DNA of 64,000 nucleotides from an uncultured Nitrospiraceae bacterium. Its GTDB lineage: Bacteria; Nitrospirota; Nitrospiria; Nitrospirales; Nitrospiraceae. The stretch spans positions 1-64,000 of the forward strand of contig CAVSTP010000003.1 of assembly GCA_963730935.1 (NCBI GenBank), in the 5' to 3' direction. Of the stretch, positions 1 through 11,556 are shown piece after piece (within the stretch, counting starts at the first letter, position 1; every line of letters starts with the position of its first letter). The position numbers and the translations under genes were made by a program. A model generated the notes under the pieces. It saw nothing but the letters and a program-made list of their open reading frames with translations, was not told the origin of the DNA and made no database searches.

Positions 1-2066
1 TCGCATCCAACACAAGGTCTGGGCCGTTCTCCTCCTACTCTGCATCCCCCTAATCGCAGGTCTCTCCGCTCATCTCTATCTCGTTCAACAACTCCTCAAC
101 CTCCAGGAACAGCGCCAGGATCTGATTCTCGCGCATGAACAGGTCAATTTACTGCGTCGATTGGCTGTCGACATCGAAGACGGCTTTCGTGGATATCTTC
201 TCACACAGCATCCGGCATTCCTCGTACCCTTGAATGAGGCAGAGTCGAAGATCGATCAGGCCCTGACGGTAAAGACGCAAAGAGAGCATTAGCGGCTGCT
301 TCAGGTGCAGTCGACGTCCTCACTCCGATCGAGCAGCAGTTAAAAGAATTCTTGCACTCGAAAAAAGAGCTCATCGCAGAAGTTACAGCATGGAGATGCT
401 GAACATGCTCTCGCATACGTACGGTCAGGTGAAGGTCTTAGGCTGTCCGATCGTTTTCGTCAGGAATTACGAACGATCGAAGATGGCTTAGAAGCATCAA
501 CGAGAATCATTGAATGAACAGGCTATCGCGCTTTCCAAACTCACGTTCATCGGATTATGGATTGCCTTGGCCGGCGTCGTGGTTCTAGGATGGACGAGCT
601 CCCGTATGTTGGCCCGCTCGTTAACAGGCCCCATTACCAGATTGCATTCGGCCACGGCTAAAATCGAAGCAGGAGCGAGTGTGGCGGAGATCACCCAACT
701 TCTTTCCGCAGGCCGATATCGCACGATGAGCTCGGGCAATTTGGAGCAAGCCTACCTTCGCATGGCACGGCAGATCGGAGAGCACGTGCATGAATTGGAG
801 GTGCTCAATACAATCGGCCATGAAATCAATACGATTGGACCAGACGGACTGGATGGCGTACTTCGTCGAATCACGGACAGGGCCGTCGAGCTCGTGGAAG
901 CCGATGCCTGCCTGGTGGTCCTCCGAGACGAACGGATGGGCTGCTGGGTCGTGGAAGCGGCTTCCGGAGAATGGAACGAGCGCTTGAAAAAATCGGTCAT
1001 GCTCTGGGAGGAATTGCCCGTCTGCGTAGAGGCGTTCGACACGCGAGCCGCGGCCACAGGCAATTATTTCCATTCGGATGAGCGCCCGCAAGTCCTGCGG
1101 CGCAATCTGCTCGGAGACAGCATGCTCGCCATTCCGCTTCTCTCACAGGGGAGCCCATTCGGGGTCTTGTCATTATCGACCCGGTCGCCACGCGCCGCGC
1201 ATGAATGGAACCAGCGGCTGGCCAAGGGACTCACTCAGGAAGCGGCGTTGGCCATCTCAAACGCCAGGCTCTATGAAGCCGCACAACAGAAACAAAAACG
1301 GTTGCTCGCTCGGTTGAGGCAGCTCGAGCACCTGGCCGAAACGTTGGCGCACGACCTCAAAGGTCCGGGTGCGCGCATGGAAGAGTTGGCCAAGTTACTG
1401 GCGCAGAAGTTTTCAGGACAGGTCGACGAGCGAAGTGCGAAATGGTTCAGGCTGCTGCAGGAGAACGGCAAGGACATCGTCGAGCGAGTTGAAGGAATTC
1501 TGGAGGTCGCCCGGGTGGGCACTGGACAGGGAAATGTCACGGCCGTCGATCCCAGGTTGGTTCTAGAAGACGTCCTCAAAACCTATGCCGGTGAAATCGA
1601 GCGCCTTCGAGCCACAATACATGTCGAGGCCGGGTTTCCGTTGGTAGCCTGCCATGGCGCCTACCTCCGACAGGTTCTCGATAACTTGGTTTCAAACGCC
1701 TTGAAATATCCTCGACTGGGAGAGCCGCCGGCCTTGCGGATCACCTCGACAACCGATCGACACATGGTGTGCATTGCCATACAGGATCATGGCATTGGAA
1801 TCCCAATTGAACAGCGGGTGCGTGTCTTCCAGCCGTTTGTCAGGTTGCGGCCCACCGATACGCCGGGAAGTGGCATTGGCCTCGCCATCGTTCAGCGAAT
1901 CGTCACACTCTACGGCGGAGAAGTATGGATCGAAGAGCAGGAAGGCGAGGGGTGCACGGTCAAGTTCACACTGCCATGGCTCCGAAACGGTCTCGAAGAG
2001 GAGCCGGCGCAATCCTCGCAAGTCGAAGTAGTGGATCTCTCAAAAAAAAGGTCGCCTCTGAGGTGA
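1..2066 (+). pseudogene. CHASE3-HAMP-GAF histidine kinase, 5' end beyond window; about 3 frameshifts in the first 500 nt (intact ORF 510-2066)
   Basis: Frame from nt 2 reads a TM helix plus CHASE3-like 'LAVDIEDGFRGYLLTQHPAFLVP'. Coding continues by frame switches near 268, 385 and 493 into ORF 510-2066, which has a TM helix, GAF, H-box 'LAHDLKGP', N-box 'NLVSNALKY' and G-boxes 'DHGIGI', 'GSGIGL'. Confidence 0.8.
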
Positions 2067-2069
2067 AAC

Positions 2070-3615
2070 ATGATGGGCGGCGATGTCCTGAGTATGCCGA
2101 CGTCTGATAAGCGGTCCAAACTGCCATTTACGATTTTGGTCGTCGAAGATAATCCGACGGACATCGAGTTGATGCTCCACACCCTCGAACAGGCCGATCT
2201 GAAGCCGTTAGGGGGTGACTTTGAGATGGAGGTTCGCGCCAACGCCGAGGGCGCCCTGCAGTTGCTCAGCGAGCGTTCGGTAGATTTGGTACTGACGGAC
2301 TTAATGCTGCCGGCAATGAGCGGACTGGATCTGGTCAGCCGGATCCAGACGCTCGATCCTAATTTGCCGGTGCTGGTCGTGACGAGAGTTAATTCCGTGT
2401 CGCAGGCTGTCGATGCCATCCGTAGAGGTGCGTTTGATTATGTGCTCAAGCCGGTCAACCCGGAAGATCTGGGCGTTCGACTCCATCGCGCCATCCGTAT
2501 TTCCGAGATCCTGCGACGCCATGCCGTGTACGAGCAACATGACCGGAAGGAGTATGAAGCCCAAAGTCTGGTGGGAGTGAGTCCGGCTTTTGAAAATGTG
2601 ATCCGAGGAATCCGGACGGCGGCTCAGACGCGTTCCACCGTCCTGATTACCGGAGAAACCGGAACGGGGAAAGGTCTGATTGCCAGGGCAATCCATCAAC
2701 AAAGCCAGGAGCAAGATCAACTATTTCAAGTGATCGATTGCACGACGATACCAGAAGGCATGATGGAAAGCGAACTCTTTGGCCACGTGCGAGGCGCCTT
2801 CACAGGCGCCGTGTCCCACAAGCCCGGCCTGATCGAGCTTGCAAATGGCGGCACTGTATTCTTCGACGAAATCGGAGAGTTGCCCTTGCTTCTGCAGGCC
2901 AAGTTGTTACGCGTGCTCGAAGAGAATGAAGTGCGTGCTGTAGGCGGCACGCGCGTCCGGCGTGTCGATATGCGATTCATCGCGGCAACGAATCGAAATT
3001 TAGTGGAAAGGGTCCGTGAAGGTTCATTCCGAAAGGATCTCTATTACCGGTTAGCTGTCGTACAAATCGCGGTGCCTCCGCTGAGAGAACGCCGAGAGGA
3101 TATCCCAGTTCTCGCTCGTCATCTCCTGGGGAAATTAAGTCGCGAGCTCGGGAAGGTGCGCTGCCATTTCGATGAAGAGGCCTTAGCCTTTCTCACAGCG
3201 TATGACTGGCCAGGAAACGGACGAGAGCTACGTAATGTCATCGAGCGTGCCCTAATGTTGGTGACAAGCGATACGCTTAACGCAGCAGATCTTCGGGCCC
3301 TGCTCCCGACGCCAGCTGGACCATTATCTGCGTGTTGATACCACGCTCATATCGCTCCCCTACATGGAAGCCAAGGAACGTGCGATTGAGCAATTTACAA
3401 AGGCCTATCTTCAAGCGAAACTAGCCCAATACGAGGGCGTGATCACCAAAGCTGCCGAAAGCAGCGGCATTCCCAGACAGCATTTCTCCTTGCTCATGAA
3501 GCGATTTCTCGACGCTGAAGGTCCGGGGCGAAGAGTGAGTGAGTCCTGCCGCGTTCTCGTAACCGGTCGCCACATGCGCCTTTCCTCCCTGCTGCCTAGA
3601 TCATCAAGTCTGTAG
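2070..3615 (+). pseudogene. NtrC-like sigma-54-dependent response regulator (REC-AAA+ 2070-3338); Fis-type HTH separated by a frameshift near 3330 (continues in ORF 3364-3615)
   Basis: REC domain, Walker A 'GETGTGK', 'GAFTGA', 'FFDEIGE', 'WPGNGREL'. The HTH-like 'VITKAAESSGIPRQHFSLLMKR' lies in another frame, open upstream as VDTTLISLPY-M. Confidence 0.8.
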
Positions 3616-3895
3616 CCTCCGCGTAACGTCTCTGCTCTCGCTGCGACGCATCCATTCGCAATTCGCCACACGATAAAGGCACCGTAGGTGACCGCGTATC
3701 CCGATATGCGCATGAATACGCTGCGTTTTCATAAACTTGGGCAGCGTTCTCCGTTAACGCATATTGGGTTATTCCTTTTTACATCTCCTCGAATCGACTG
3801 CAAGGTCGAATCTCTCATCTTCGGTTTCTAAATTCTGAAATAAAATCGGGCACTTACAGCAGAGGGGTCAAATGGTTATGACCAGCAATGATCGC

Positions 3896-3911
3896 TGGCA
3901 ATTTCCTTGCT
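3896..3911 (+). promoter_or_regulatory. sigma-54 (-24/-12) promoter of nxrAB
   Basis: TGGCAATTTCCTTGCT fits TGGCAC-N5-TTGCW with correct GG/GC spacing. It is ~115 nt upstream of nxrA and next to a sigma-54 activator gene. Confidence 0.8.
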
Positions 3912-4026
3912 GTGTTGGGTGCCATCAACGCTCGATTCTATCACAGAGGGGAGGTGAGAGACGGGCGATGGTGCTTGGGTGAAGAACGTGGGGCTCGCTG
4001 AGCCCCCAACTTAGGAGGTGTTACCA

Positions 4027-7000
4027 ATGTTTGTGTCACGCAGACAGTTTTTAAAAGTCACGGCCGGGACGGTTGCCGCAGTGGCGGTGGCCGATAAGGT
4101 CCTGGCGTTGACGGCTCTGCAGCCGGTCATCGAGGTGGGCAACCCCCTCGGCGAATATCCGGACCGGTCGTGGGAGCGGGTCTATCACGACCAGTACCGG
4201 TATGATTCGTCGTTTACGTGGTGTTGTTCCCCCAACGACACGCACGGCTGCCGCGTGCGGGCCTTCGTCCGTAACGGCGTCGTCATGCGCGTCGAGCAGA
4301 ACTACGATCACCAGACGTACGAAGACCTCTACGGCAACCGCGGGACGTTCGCGCATAACCCGCGCATGTGCTTGAAGGGCTATACCTTCCATCGCCGCGT
4401 GTACGGCCCCTATCGCTTGAAGGGACCGTTGATGCGCAAAGGGTGGAAGGAGTGGATGGATGCCGGAGGGCCGGAACTGACCCCGGATGTGAAGCGCAAA
4501 TACAAATTCGACGCCCGGTTCCTGGACGACATGATGCGGGTGTCTTGGGATACGGCGGCGACCTATGCGGCCAAGGGCTGCATTCTGATCGCGACCCGCT
4601 ACAGCGGGGAAGCCGGAGCCCGGCGGTTGCGGGAACAGGGCTATGCGCCGGAAATGATCGAGATGATGAAGGGCGCCGGGGTGCGCTGCTTCAAGCATCG
4701 CGCCGGCATGCCGGTCCTGGGCATCATCGGCAAGATGATGAACACCCGGTTTAACGGTGGCGTGCTGCCGTTGTTGGACTCCTGGATCCGTAAAGTGGAT
4801 TCCGACCGCGCACAGGGCGGCAAGTACTATTCGAACTACACCTGGCACGGCGACCAGGACCCGTCACATCCGTGGTGGAACGGCACGCAGAACTGCGACC
4901 TCGACCTCTCCGACATGCGCTTCTCCAAGCTGAACACCAGCTGGGGCAAGAACTTCGTCGAGAACAAGATGCCGGAAGCGCACTGGAAGCTCGAGTCGAT
5001 CGAGCGCGGCGCCCGCATCGTCGTGATTACGCCGGAGTACAACCCCACGGCCTATCGGGCGGACTACTGGATTCCGGTCCGGCCGCAAACCGATGGCGCA
5101 TTGTTCCTGGGCGCCTGCAAACTGATTATCGACGAGAATTTGCAGGACATCGATTACATCAAGGGCTTCACCGACCTGCCGCTGCTCGTCCGCACGGACA
5201 CGCTGCAGTATCTGGACCCGCGCGATGTGATCACCGATTTCAAGTTCCCGGATTTCTCCAAGAGCTACTCGGGCCGCATTCAGTCCCTCAAGCCGGACCA
5301 GATTGAACGCCTGGGCGGCATAATGGTGTGGGACCTCAACAAGAAACAGGCGGTGCCGCTGCATCGGGAACAAGTGGGCTACCACTTCGTCCAGAGCGGG
5401 ATCGATCCCGCCTTGACGGGGACCTTCCGGGTCAAGCTGTTGAATGGCCGCGAAGTCGACGTCTCGCCGATCTATCAGATGTACCTCGTGCACCTGCAGG
5501 ACTACGATCTGGACACGGTGGCGCAGATCACCCGCGCGCCGAAGGACCTGATCGTCCGGTACGGCCGGGATTCGGGCACGATCAAGCCCGCGGCGATGCA
5601 CAACGGCGAAGGCGTCTGCCACTATTTCCATATGACGGAAATGGGACGGGCCGCCGCGCTGATATCAACCCTTACTGGGAACATCGGGAAGTTCGGCACC
5701 GGCTGTCACACCTGGTCGGGCAACTACAAGGCGGGCATCTGGAATGCCACGCCCTGGTCCGGCGCAGGCTTGGCCGTGCACACGGGCGAGGATCCGTTCA
5801 ATCAGACCCTCGATCCGAATGCGCACGGAAAAGAAATCAAGACGAAGAGCTACTACTACGGCGAGGAAGTGGGCTACTGGAACCACGGGGACACGGCCCT
5901 CATCGTCAACACGCCGAAGTACGGCCGCAAGGTGTTCACGGGCAAAACCCACATGCCGAGCCCCAGCAAAGTCCGCTGGGTGACCAACGTGAACATTTTG
6001 AACAACGCCAAGCACCACTATGACATGGTGCGCAACGTGGATCCGAACATCGAGATGATCGTGACGCAAGACATCGAGATGACCTCGGACGTGAACCATG
6101 CCGACATCGCCTTTGCCTGCAATTCCTGGATGGAATTCACCTATCCGGAAATGACGGCGACGGTGTCGAATCCCTGGGTGCAGATTTGGAAGGGCGGGAT
6201 CCGGCCGTTGTACGACACGCGTAACGACGCCGACACGTTCGGAGCCGTCGCGGTGAAGTTGACGGAAATGACGGGTGACGTCCGTATCCGTCAGGTCTTC
6301 CACTTCGTCTACATGAACCGCGTCGACGTCTACGTCCAGCGTACGCTGGATGCCAGCGCTACCTGCTACGGCTACAGCGCGGACGTCATGTTGAAGTCGG
6401 AGAAGGGCTGGATGGTCATGGGACGTACCTATCCGCGCCATCCACTCTGGGAAGAAACGAACGAGTCCAAGCCACAATGGACGCGGTCCGGCCGGATCGA
6501 GACCTACCGGATCGAGCCGGAAGCGATCGAATACGGAGAAAACTTCGTCGTGCATCGCGAAGGGCCGGAGGCGACGCCTTACCTGCCGAACGCGATCATG
6601 ACGAGCAACCCGTACGTCCGACCGGACGACTACGGGATTCCCATCACGGCGCAGCACCACGACGACAAGCACGTCCGCAACATCAAGCTACCATGGGGCG
6701 AGATCAAGCGGAATCAGAACCCGTTGTGGGAGAAGGGGTACCAGTTCTACTGCGTCACCCCGAAGACGCGGCACCGGGTGCACAGCCAGTGGTCGGTGAA
6801 CGACTGGGTGCAGATTTACGAGTCGAACTTCGGCGATCCGTATCGGATGGACAAACGGACACCGGGCGTCGGCGAGCACCAGTTGCACATCAATCCGCAG
6901 GCCGCCAAGGACCGCGGCATCAACGACGGCGACTACATCTATGTGGACGGCAACCCGGTGGACCGGCCGTATCGCGGCTGGAAGCCCTCGGATCCGTTCT

Positions 7001-7464
7001 ACAAGGTCGCCCGGTTGATGATCCGTTGTAAGTACAACCCGGCCTTCCCGTACCACGTGACGATGGCGAAGCACGCCCCGTACGTGTCCACGGCGAAATC
7101 GGTGAAAGGCCACGAGACCCGGCCGGACGGACGGGCCATCGCGGTGGACACCGGTTATCAATCCAACTTCCGGTACGGGGCCCAACAGTCCTTTACCCGG
7201 TCGTGGCTGATGCCGATGCACCAAACCGACTCGCTCCCCGGCAAGCACGCGATTGCCTGGAAGTTCAAGTGGGGCTACGCGATCGACCACCATGCGGTCA
7301 ATACGACGCCGAAAGAATGCTTGATCCGCATCACCAAGGCGGAAGACGGCGGCATCGGCGCTCGCGGTCCATGGGAACCGGTCCGGACCGGCTTCACTCC
7401 GGGTCAGGAGAACGAGTTCATGATCAAGTGGCTCAAAGGCGAACACATCAAGATCAAGGTGTAA
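4027..7464 (+). CDS. nxrA: nitrite oxidoreductase alpha subunit (Nitrospira-type, Tat-exported molybdopterin protein)
   Basis: RBS AGGAGG before ATG 4027, Tat motif SRRQFLK, Fe-S motif 'CSPNDTHGC...RMCLKG', C-terminus 'KWLKGEHIKIKV'. Recognisably Nitrospira NxrA. Confidence 0.97.
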   Translation: MFVSRRQFLKVTAGTVAAVAVADKVLALTALQPVIEVGNPLGEYPDRSWERVYHDQYRYDSSFTWCCSPNDTHGCRVRAFVRNGVVMRVEQNYDHQTYEDLYGNRGTFAHNPRMCLKGYTFHRRVYGPYRLKGPLMRKGWKEWMDAGGPELTPDVKRKYKFDARFLDDMMRVSWDTAATYAAKGCILIATRYSGEAGARRLREQGYAPEMIEMMKGAGVRCFKHRAGMPVLGIIGKMMNTRFNGGVLPLLDSWIRKVDSDRAQGGKYYSNYTWHGDQDPSHPWWNGTQNCDLDLSDMRFSKLNTSWGKNFVENKMPEAHWKLESIERGARIVVITPEYNPTAYRADYWIPVRPQTDGALFLGACKLIIDENLQDIDYIKGFTDLPLLVRTDTLQYLDPRDVITDFKFPDFSKSYSGRIQSLKPDQIERLGGIMVWDLNKKQAVPLHREQVGYHFVQSGIDPALTGTFRVKLLNGREVDVSPIYQMYLVHLQDYDLDTVAQITRAPKDLIVRYGRDSGTIKPAAMHNGEGVCHYFHMTEMGRAAALISTLTGNIGKFGTGCHTWSGNYKAGIWNATPWSGAGLAVHTGEDPFNQTLDPNAHGKEIKTKSYYYGEEVGYWNHGDTALIVNTPKYGRKVFTGKTHMPSPSKVRWVTNVNILNNAKHHYDMVRNVDPNIEMIVTQDIEMTSDVNHADIAFACNSWMEFTYPEMTATVSNPWVQIWKGGIRPLYDTRNDADTFGAVAVKLTEMTGDVRIRQVFHFVYMNRVDVYVQRTLDASATCYGYSADVMLKSEKGWMVMGRTYPRHPLWEETNESKPQWTRSGRIETYRIEPEAIEYGENFVVHREGPEATPYLPNAIMTSNPYVRPDDYGIPITAQHHDDKHVRNIKLPWGEIKRNQNPLWEKGYQFYCVTPKTRHRVHSQWSVNDWVQIYESNFGDPYRMDKRTPGVGEHQLHINPQAAKDRGINDGDYIYVDGNPVDRPYRGWKPSDPFYKVARLMIRCKYNPAFPYHVTMAKHAPYVSTAKSVKGHETRPDGRAIAVDTGYQSNFRYGAQQSFTRSWLMPMHQTDSLPGKHAIAWKFKWGYAIDHHAVNTTPKECLIRITKAEDGGIGARGPWEPVRTGFTPGQENEFMIKWLKGEHIKIKV

Positions 7465-7547
7465 GGCCAGAGTCATGCAACTTGACCAAGATGTCACCAA
7501 TGAGAGTCTTATTCACCATTTGATCATGACCAGAAGGAGGATTCACA

Positions 7548-8837
7548 ATGCCAGAAGTCTATAACTGGCAACTGGGACGGAAGATGCTGTATCCCTACGA
7601 GGAGCGGCATCCGAAGTGGCAGTTTGCCTTTGTGTTCAACATCAATCGGTGCTTGGCCTGTCAGACCTGCAGCATGGCTGACAAGTCGACCTGGCTCTTC
7701 TCGAAGGGGCAGGAGTACATGTGGTGGAACAACGTGGAGACCAAGCCCTACGGCGGGTATCCGCAGTTCTACGACGTGAAGATCACGCAGTTGGTCGAGC
7801 AGGTGAACCCGGGCGGGCAGGTGTGGAACGTGCGGGTCGGCCGCAAGCACCATGCGCCCTACGGGGTGTTCGAAGGGATGACCATTTTCGACGCCGGCGC
7901 CAAGGTGGGCCAGGCGGCGATCGGCTATATCCCGACGGACCAGGAATGGCGGTTCGTCAACATCTACGAGGACACCGCGACCTCGATGCGCTCCCTGGTG
8001 GAGGGCATCGATAAGTCCGGCTTCTCGCGGGATGAACCGTGGCGCCTCACCGGCAGCAGCCTGCCGGAGCATGAGACGTTCTTCTTCTACCTGCAGCGGA
8101 TCTGTAACCACTGTACGTACCCGGGCTGCCTCGCGGCCTGTCCGCGCAAGGCGATCTACAAGCGGCCGGAAGACGGCATCGTGCTGATCGACCAGAACCG
8201 CTGCCGCGGGTACAAGAAGTGTGTGGAGCAATGTCCGTTCAAGAAGCCGATGTACCGGGGCACGACCCGGGTGTCGGAGAAGTGCATTGCGTGCTATCCG
8301 CGGATCGAGGGCAAGGATCCGCTGACGGGCGGCGAGCCGATGGAAACGCGCTGTATGGCGGCCTGCGTGGGGAAGATCCGCATGCAGAGCCTGGTGCGCA
8401 TCGGCGAGGACGGCCTGTGGGCGGAGGATCGGTGGCACCCCCTGTACTACACCATTCGGGTGGAGCAGGTGGCGCTGCCCCTGTATCCGCAGTGGGGCAC
8501 CGAGCCCAACGGCTTCTACATTCCGCCTCGGCACAGCCCGCGCGGCTATGCCCGGCAGATGTTTGGCCCGGGCGTCGACAATGCGATCGAGAAGTACCTC
8601 GTGCCCAGCCGCGAACTGTTGGCGGTCCTCCAGCTGTGGAGAGCCAGCCAGCAGATCGTCTTCCGGTACGACGTCATTCCGGGCCCGAAAGTGTTCGAAA
8701 CCCAGATCCACGGGAAGCGGTTCGAGATGTACAACGACACCGTGCTGGGCTTCAACAAGTCGGGCAAGGAAGTGGCGCGTATCCAGGTCGAAGAGCCGAT
8801 CTATGTCAGACCCGCAGAACGGGTCAACTGGCTCTAA
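7548..8837 (+). CDS. nxrB: nitrite oxidoreductase beta subunit
   Basis: Starts 'MPEVYNWQLGR', has four Fe-S Cys motifs (CLACQTC, CNHCTYPGC, CRGYKKC, CIAC...C), 429 aa. Confidence 0.97.
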   Translation: MPEVYNWQLGRKMLYPYEERHPKWQFAFVFNINRCLACQTCSMADKSTWLFSKGQEYMWWNNVETKPYGGYPQFYDVKITQLVEQVNPGGQVWNVRVGRKHHAPYGVFEGMTIFDAGAKVGQAAIGYIPTDQEWRFVNIYEDTATSMRSLVEGIDKSGFSRDEPWRLTGSSLPEHETFFFYLQRICNHCTYPGCLAACPRKAIYKRPEDGIVLIDQNRCRGYKKCVEQCPFKKPMYRGTTRVSEKCIACYPRIEGKDPLTGGEPMETRCMAACVGKIRMQSLVRIGEDGLWAEDRWHPLYYTIRVEQVALPLYPQWGTEPNGFYIPPRHSPRGYARQMFGPGVDNAIEKYLVPSRELLAVLQLWRASQQIVFRYDVIPGPKVFETQIHGKRFEMYNDTVLGFNKSGKEVARIQVEEPIYVRPAERVNWL

Positions 8838-8855
8838 GATCGCGTCAGGTGACCG

Positions 8856-8881
8856 TGGGGAGAGACGAAAGTCTCTCCCCA
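8856..8881 (+). terminator. stem-loop after nxrB
   Basis: TGGGGAGAGAC-GAAA-GTCTCTCCCCA perfect hairpin with GNRA loop; weak U-tail. Confidence 0.65.
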
Positions 8882-9048
8882 TAATCACGAGCGCTACAAA
8901 CGAGGAAGGTCGGCTTGGGCGCCAGCATGAGCGACTAAGGGCTGAGGATGGCCCTCCTCTCAGAACACCGATTTCTCATGCGTCGCCAGGGACGGGCGGG
9001 GTCTTATTGTATAGAGCCCCGCCCGTTCTCTATTAATGCGAACTCATC

Positions 9049-9702
9049 ATGCGAATTCGATGGATTTCAGTCTTAATCAGCCTATTAATCGTGGCAAGTG
9101 GGTGGGCCGGTTCACAAACCTTGATGCGCGTCGACCAAGACTTGCGCGTCATTTATACCGAATATACGCTGGCCGCAACCGACTTGGGACATCTGAATGG
9201 GGAATTGATCCGGTATAGAACGTCGGTGATCCGAGCGGTCGAAACGGATAGCAAGGAAGAGTTTCACCGTATCCTGGCTTCCCTGCCTGAAAAGCGAGCC
9301 CGCATTGATAAAGCGATCGAGCGCTTTGTTGCGGCCACAGATGACGCATCAACTCGCAGAAGCCTTGATGCGCGCGAGCTGTCCGAGGTGAAGGCGGTCC
9401 AAGAACGGATTGTTTCCTACATGGATTCATCGCATCACGCCCTTCAGATGATGGAGCAACGATGGGATCTCGAGCCGGTCTTAAACGCACAACGGCTTCA
9501 GAATGAAGCAAGAGAGTATCTGGCCAACGATGTCGGGAGTAACTACATGAACGTCACGGTGGAACTCGATCGTTTGCTAGAGGTTGTAGCGACGATTGCC
9601 GGCGACGTAAAAAAAGAAGCGGATGTGACGCTACGGAGTGTCACTGTCGTTCTCATTCTCGTGAGTTTGACCCTAAGTGTCTTGGTGCTTGCTATCAGCT
9701 AG
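9049..9702 (+). CDS. membrane protein with MCP-type four-helix-bundle sensor domain and no signalling domain
   Basis: N- and C-terminal TM helices around a helical periplasmic region ('VDQDLRVIYTEYT'); stops right after TM2. Confidence 0.65.
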   Translation: MRIRWISVLISLLIVASGWAGSQTLMRVDQDLRVIYTEYTLAATDLGHLNGELIRYRTSVIRAVETDSKEEFHRILASLPEKRARIDKAIERFVAATDDASTRRSLDARELSEVKAVQERIVSYMDSSHHALQMMEQRWDLEPVLNAQRLQNEAREYLANDVGSNYMNVTVELDRLLEVVATIAGDVKKEADVTLRSVTVVLILVSLTLSVLVLAIS

Positions 9703-10057
9703 TAAACCCGTCCCTGTCACCTGTTGGTGATCATCGGTTGGTGTCCAGAAGAACGCATCGCAACGGTGCCATTGGGCGAGAGGGACAACGATGACGAGAA
9801 CTTGTAGCCAGAGGGCTGTAGCTGAGATAGCCGTGGGGAGCGAGGCGTCTCATTACTTGCTAACTCAGGAAATTCCAGTCAGACAGTAGCTAACACGTCG
9901 CAGGTTATTTCTAAACCAAGCCTTGCACCAGGCCAAGCTAACCCATGCCAATTTGACAGCGCATAGTCCTTAGGGTATTAAGGACAGCTTCATCTGTCCG
10001 ACCCTTCTGCCACTAAATTCCCTTCGTTTCCGGTACTAGTCTTCGGAGTTTTCTCGA

Positions 10058-10342
10058 ATGACTGCAATTGCGAAAAGACATATTACATCTATTTCATGGT
10101 GTGGAATTGTAATTCTATGTCTCGCAATCTGCTGCCAGCTACTGGGTGCACCTGGCACGTTGTTCACCTTCGCCGATTCTGAGGATGACTTCCAAGCATC
10201 AGTCATCTTGGGTTATACGATTACATCAGGCACTGCCTCTTTCTTGCCTTGGCTGACATCCTTCTCTGCTTTCACTGAGATGACCTCCCTTCGTGTCTTT
10301 CTCGAGTCATACACGTTGTTCCATCCGCCCATTTTCGTCTAG
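10058..10342 (+). CDS. hypothetical membrane protein
   Basis: 94-aa ORF with hydrophobic segment and C-terminal 'FHPP'. Confidence 0.45.
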   Translation: MTAIAKRHITSISWCGIVILCLAICCQLLGAPGTLFTFADSEDDFQASVILGYTITSGTASFLPWLTSFSAFTEMTSLRVFLESYTLFHPPIFV

Positions 10343-10431
10343 CTCGGTCATCTTCAAATCCTACGGTTGCTGGCTGCGCTCGTCGAGCTTCGCTCGCCGC
10401 AGGAGTTACCCCATAACGCTCAGAGGCTGAT

Positions 10432-10620
10432 ATGCCAAAAAGAAACAAGGTTTTGACCGATTTGCGAGAGGAGATACTAGACCTAAAGAAATGGATGGAG
10501 AAAGATCCTCCATTAGACACAATGGATCAAATGCTTATCGAAAATAACATCCAAATGCTGCAGATGACCTATACATCTTGGAAAGCTCGAAACAGTCTCC
10601 GAAGGGTGGGAGAGAAGTGA
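10432..10620 (+). CDS. small helical hypothetical protein
   Basis: 62-aa ORF, GAGG RBS, amphipathic helices. Confidence 0.55.
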   Translation: MPKRNKVLTDLREEILDLKKWMEKDPPLDTMDQMLIENNIQMLQMTYTSWKARNSLRRVGEK

Positions 10621-10998
10621 TTCCGAGGTCTGGATAAAGCCCATGATTATCCGTACCAACGTCGAACAGAGGCCACCAGCCAGGAGACCCTTCTGAAGCA
10701 CATATTAGGTGTTTCGGAGATTTGTATTTGCTTTTTGCGTTGCTGCTTATTGGCGCCGCAGTAATGAGTTTTACGCGAGAGCCCTGTGCATCTTTTGACG
10801 AAAACGAGTAAATGTTATGAAAGTGTCAGCTGCTAGGCAAATCGACGGACTCTGGTCAAATTAGTTATGGAAAAATGTCGTATGGGTATACCGGTATGGG
10901 CAAGTGGCCTGGAGTAAGCGATCCACAGTTCAAAAACCTTTAGGAGTTTTGAACGGATAAAACAGGGTCAAAAAACGAATGTTATTGGAGGTTTAACT

Positions 10999-11466
10999 AT
11001 GAGAAAAGTTATCTTCGTCTTCTTGATCCTGTTCTTTGTCCAGGCGACCGTCTCAGTGGTTGCAGAGCAAGACATAACAATCACCGAAGTGATGAAAGGC
11101 TCAACAACGATCACCGGCCAGGCAATTGTATATCCCAAAGCCGATAAGGCAGAAATGTCCTCGGCTCTGATCCAAATCCACCCTGGGAAGGAAAGCGGGC
11201 GCCACATGCATCCAGTCCCCACCTACGTCCACGTCCTTGAGGGAACATTGACGGTGGAAGTCGAGGATGGCTCTCGACAAGCATTCAAAGCCGGGAGCGG
11301 CTTTTTAGAGGCTATGAACATTTGGCATAACGTAAAGAATTTAGGAGAAACACCGTTGAAATTCCTGGTGGTCTTTGCAGGCGAGGAGGGAAAACCAAAT
11401 CTAATCCGACCCGAAAAACATAAAACATCGGCCACGGTAAACTCAAAACCAGCGCCTAATGAGTAA
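10999..11466 (+). CDS. secreted cupin-domain protein
   Basis: RBS GGAGG, signal peptide, cupin motifs 'HMHPVP...VLEG' and 'WHNVKN'. Confidence 0.85.
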   Translation: MRKVIFVFLILFFVQATVSVVAEQDITITEVMKGSTTITGQAIVYPKADKAEMSSALIQIHPGKESGRHMHPVPTYVHVLEGTLTVEVEDGSRQAFKAGSGFLEAMNIWHNVKNLGETPLKFLVVFAGEEGKPNLIRPEKHKTSATVNSKPAPNE

Positions 11467-11556
11467 GATTAGGGGACAACAGCTAGCAGGAATGTCTAAC
11501 TGCTTGTCGAGTGAGTAGATCACTGAAGAGGCCTGCGCCGCGAAATGGATCCGTTG

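Noticed and set aside
4051..8888. Long antisense and alternate-frame ORFs over nxrAB (e.g. 7524-8888)
   Set aside because: Shadows of strong GC3 codon bias in highly expressed genes; no recognisable motifs.
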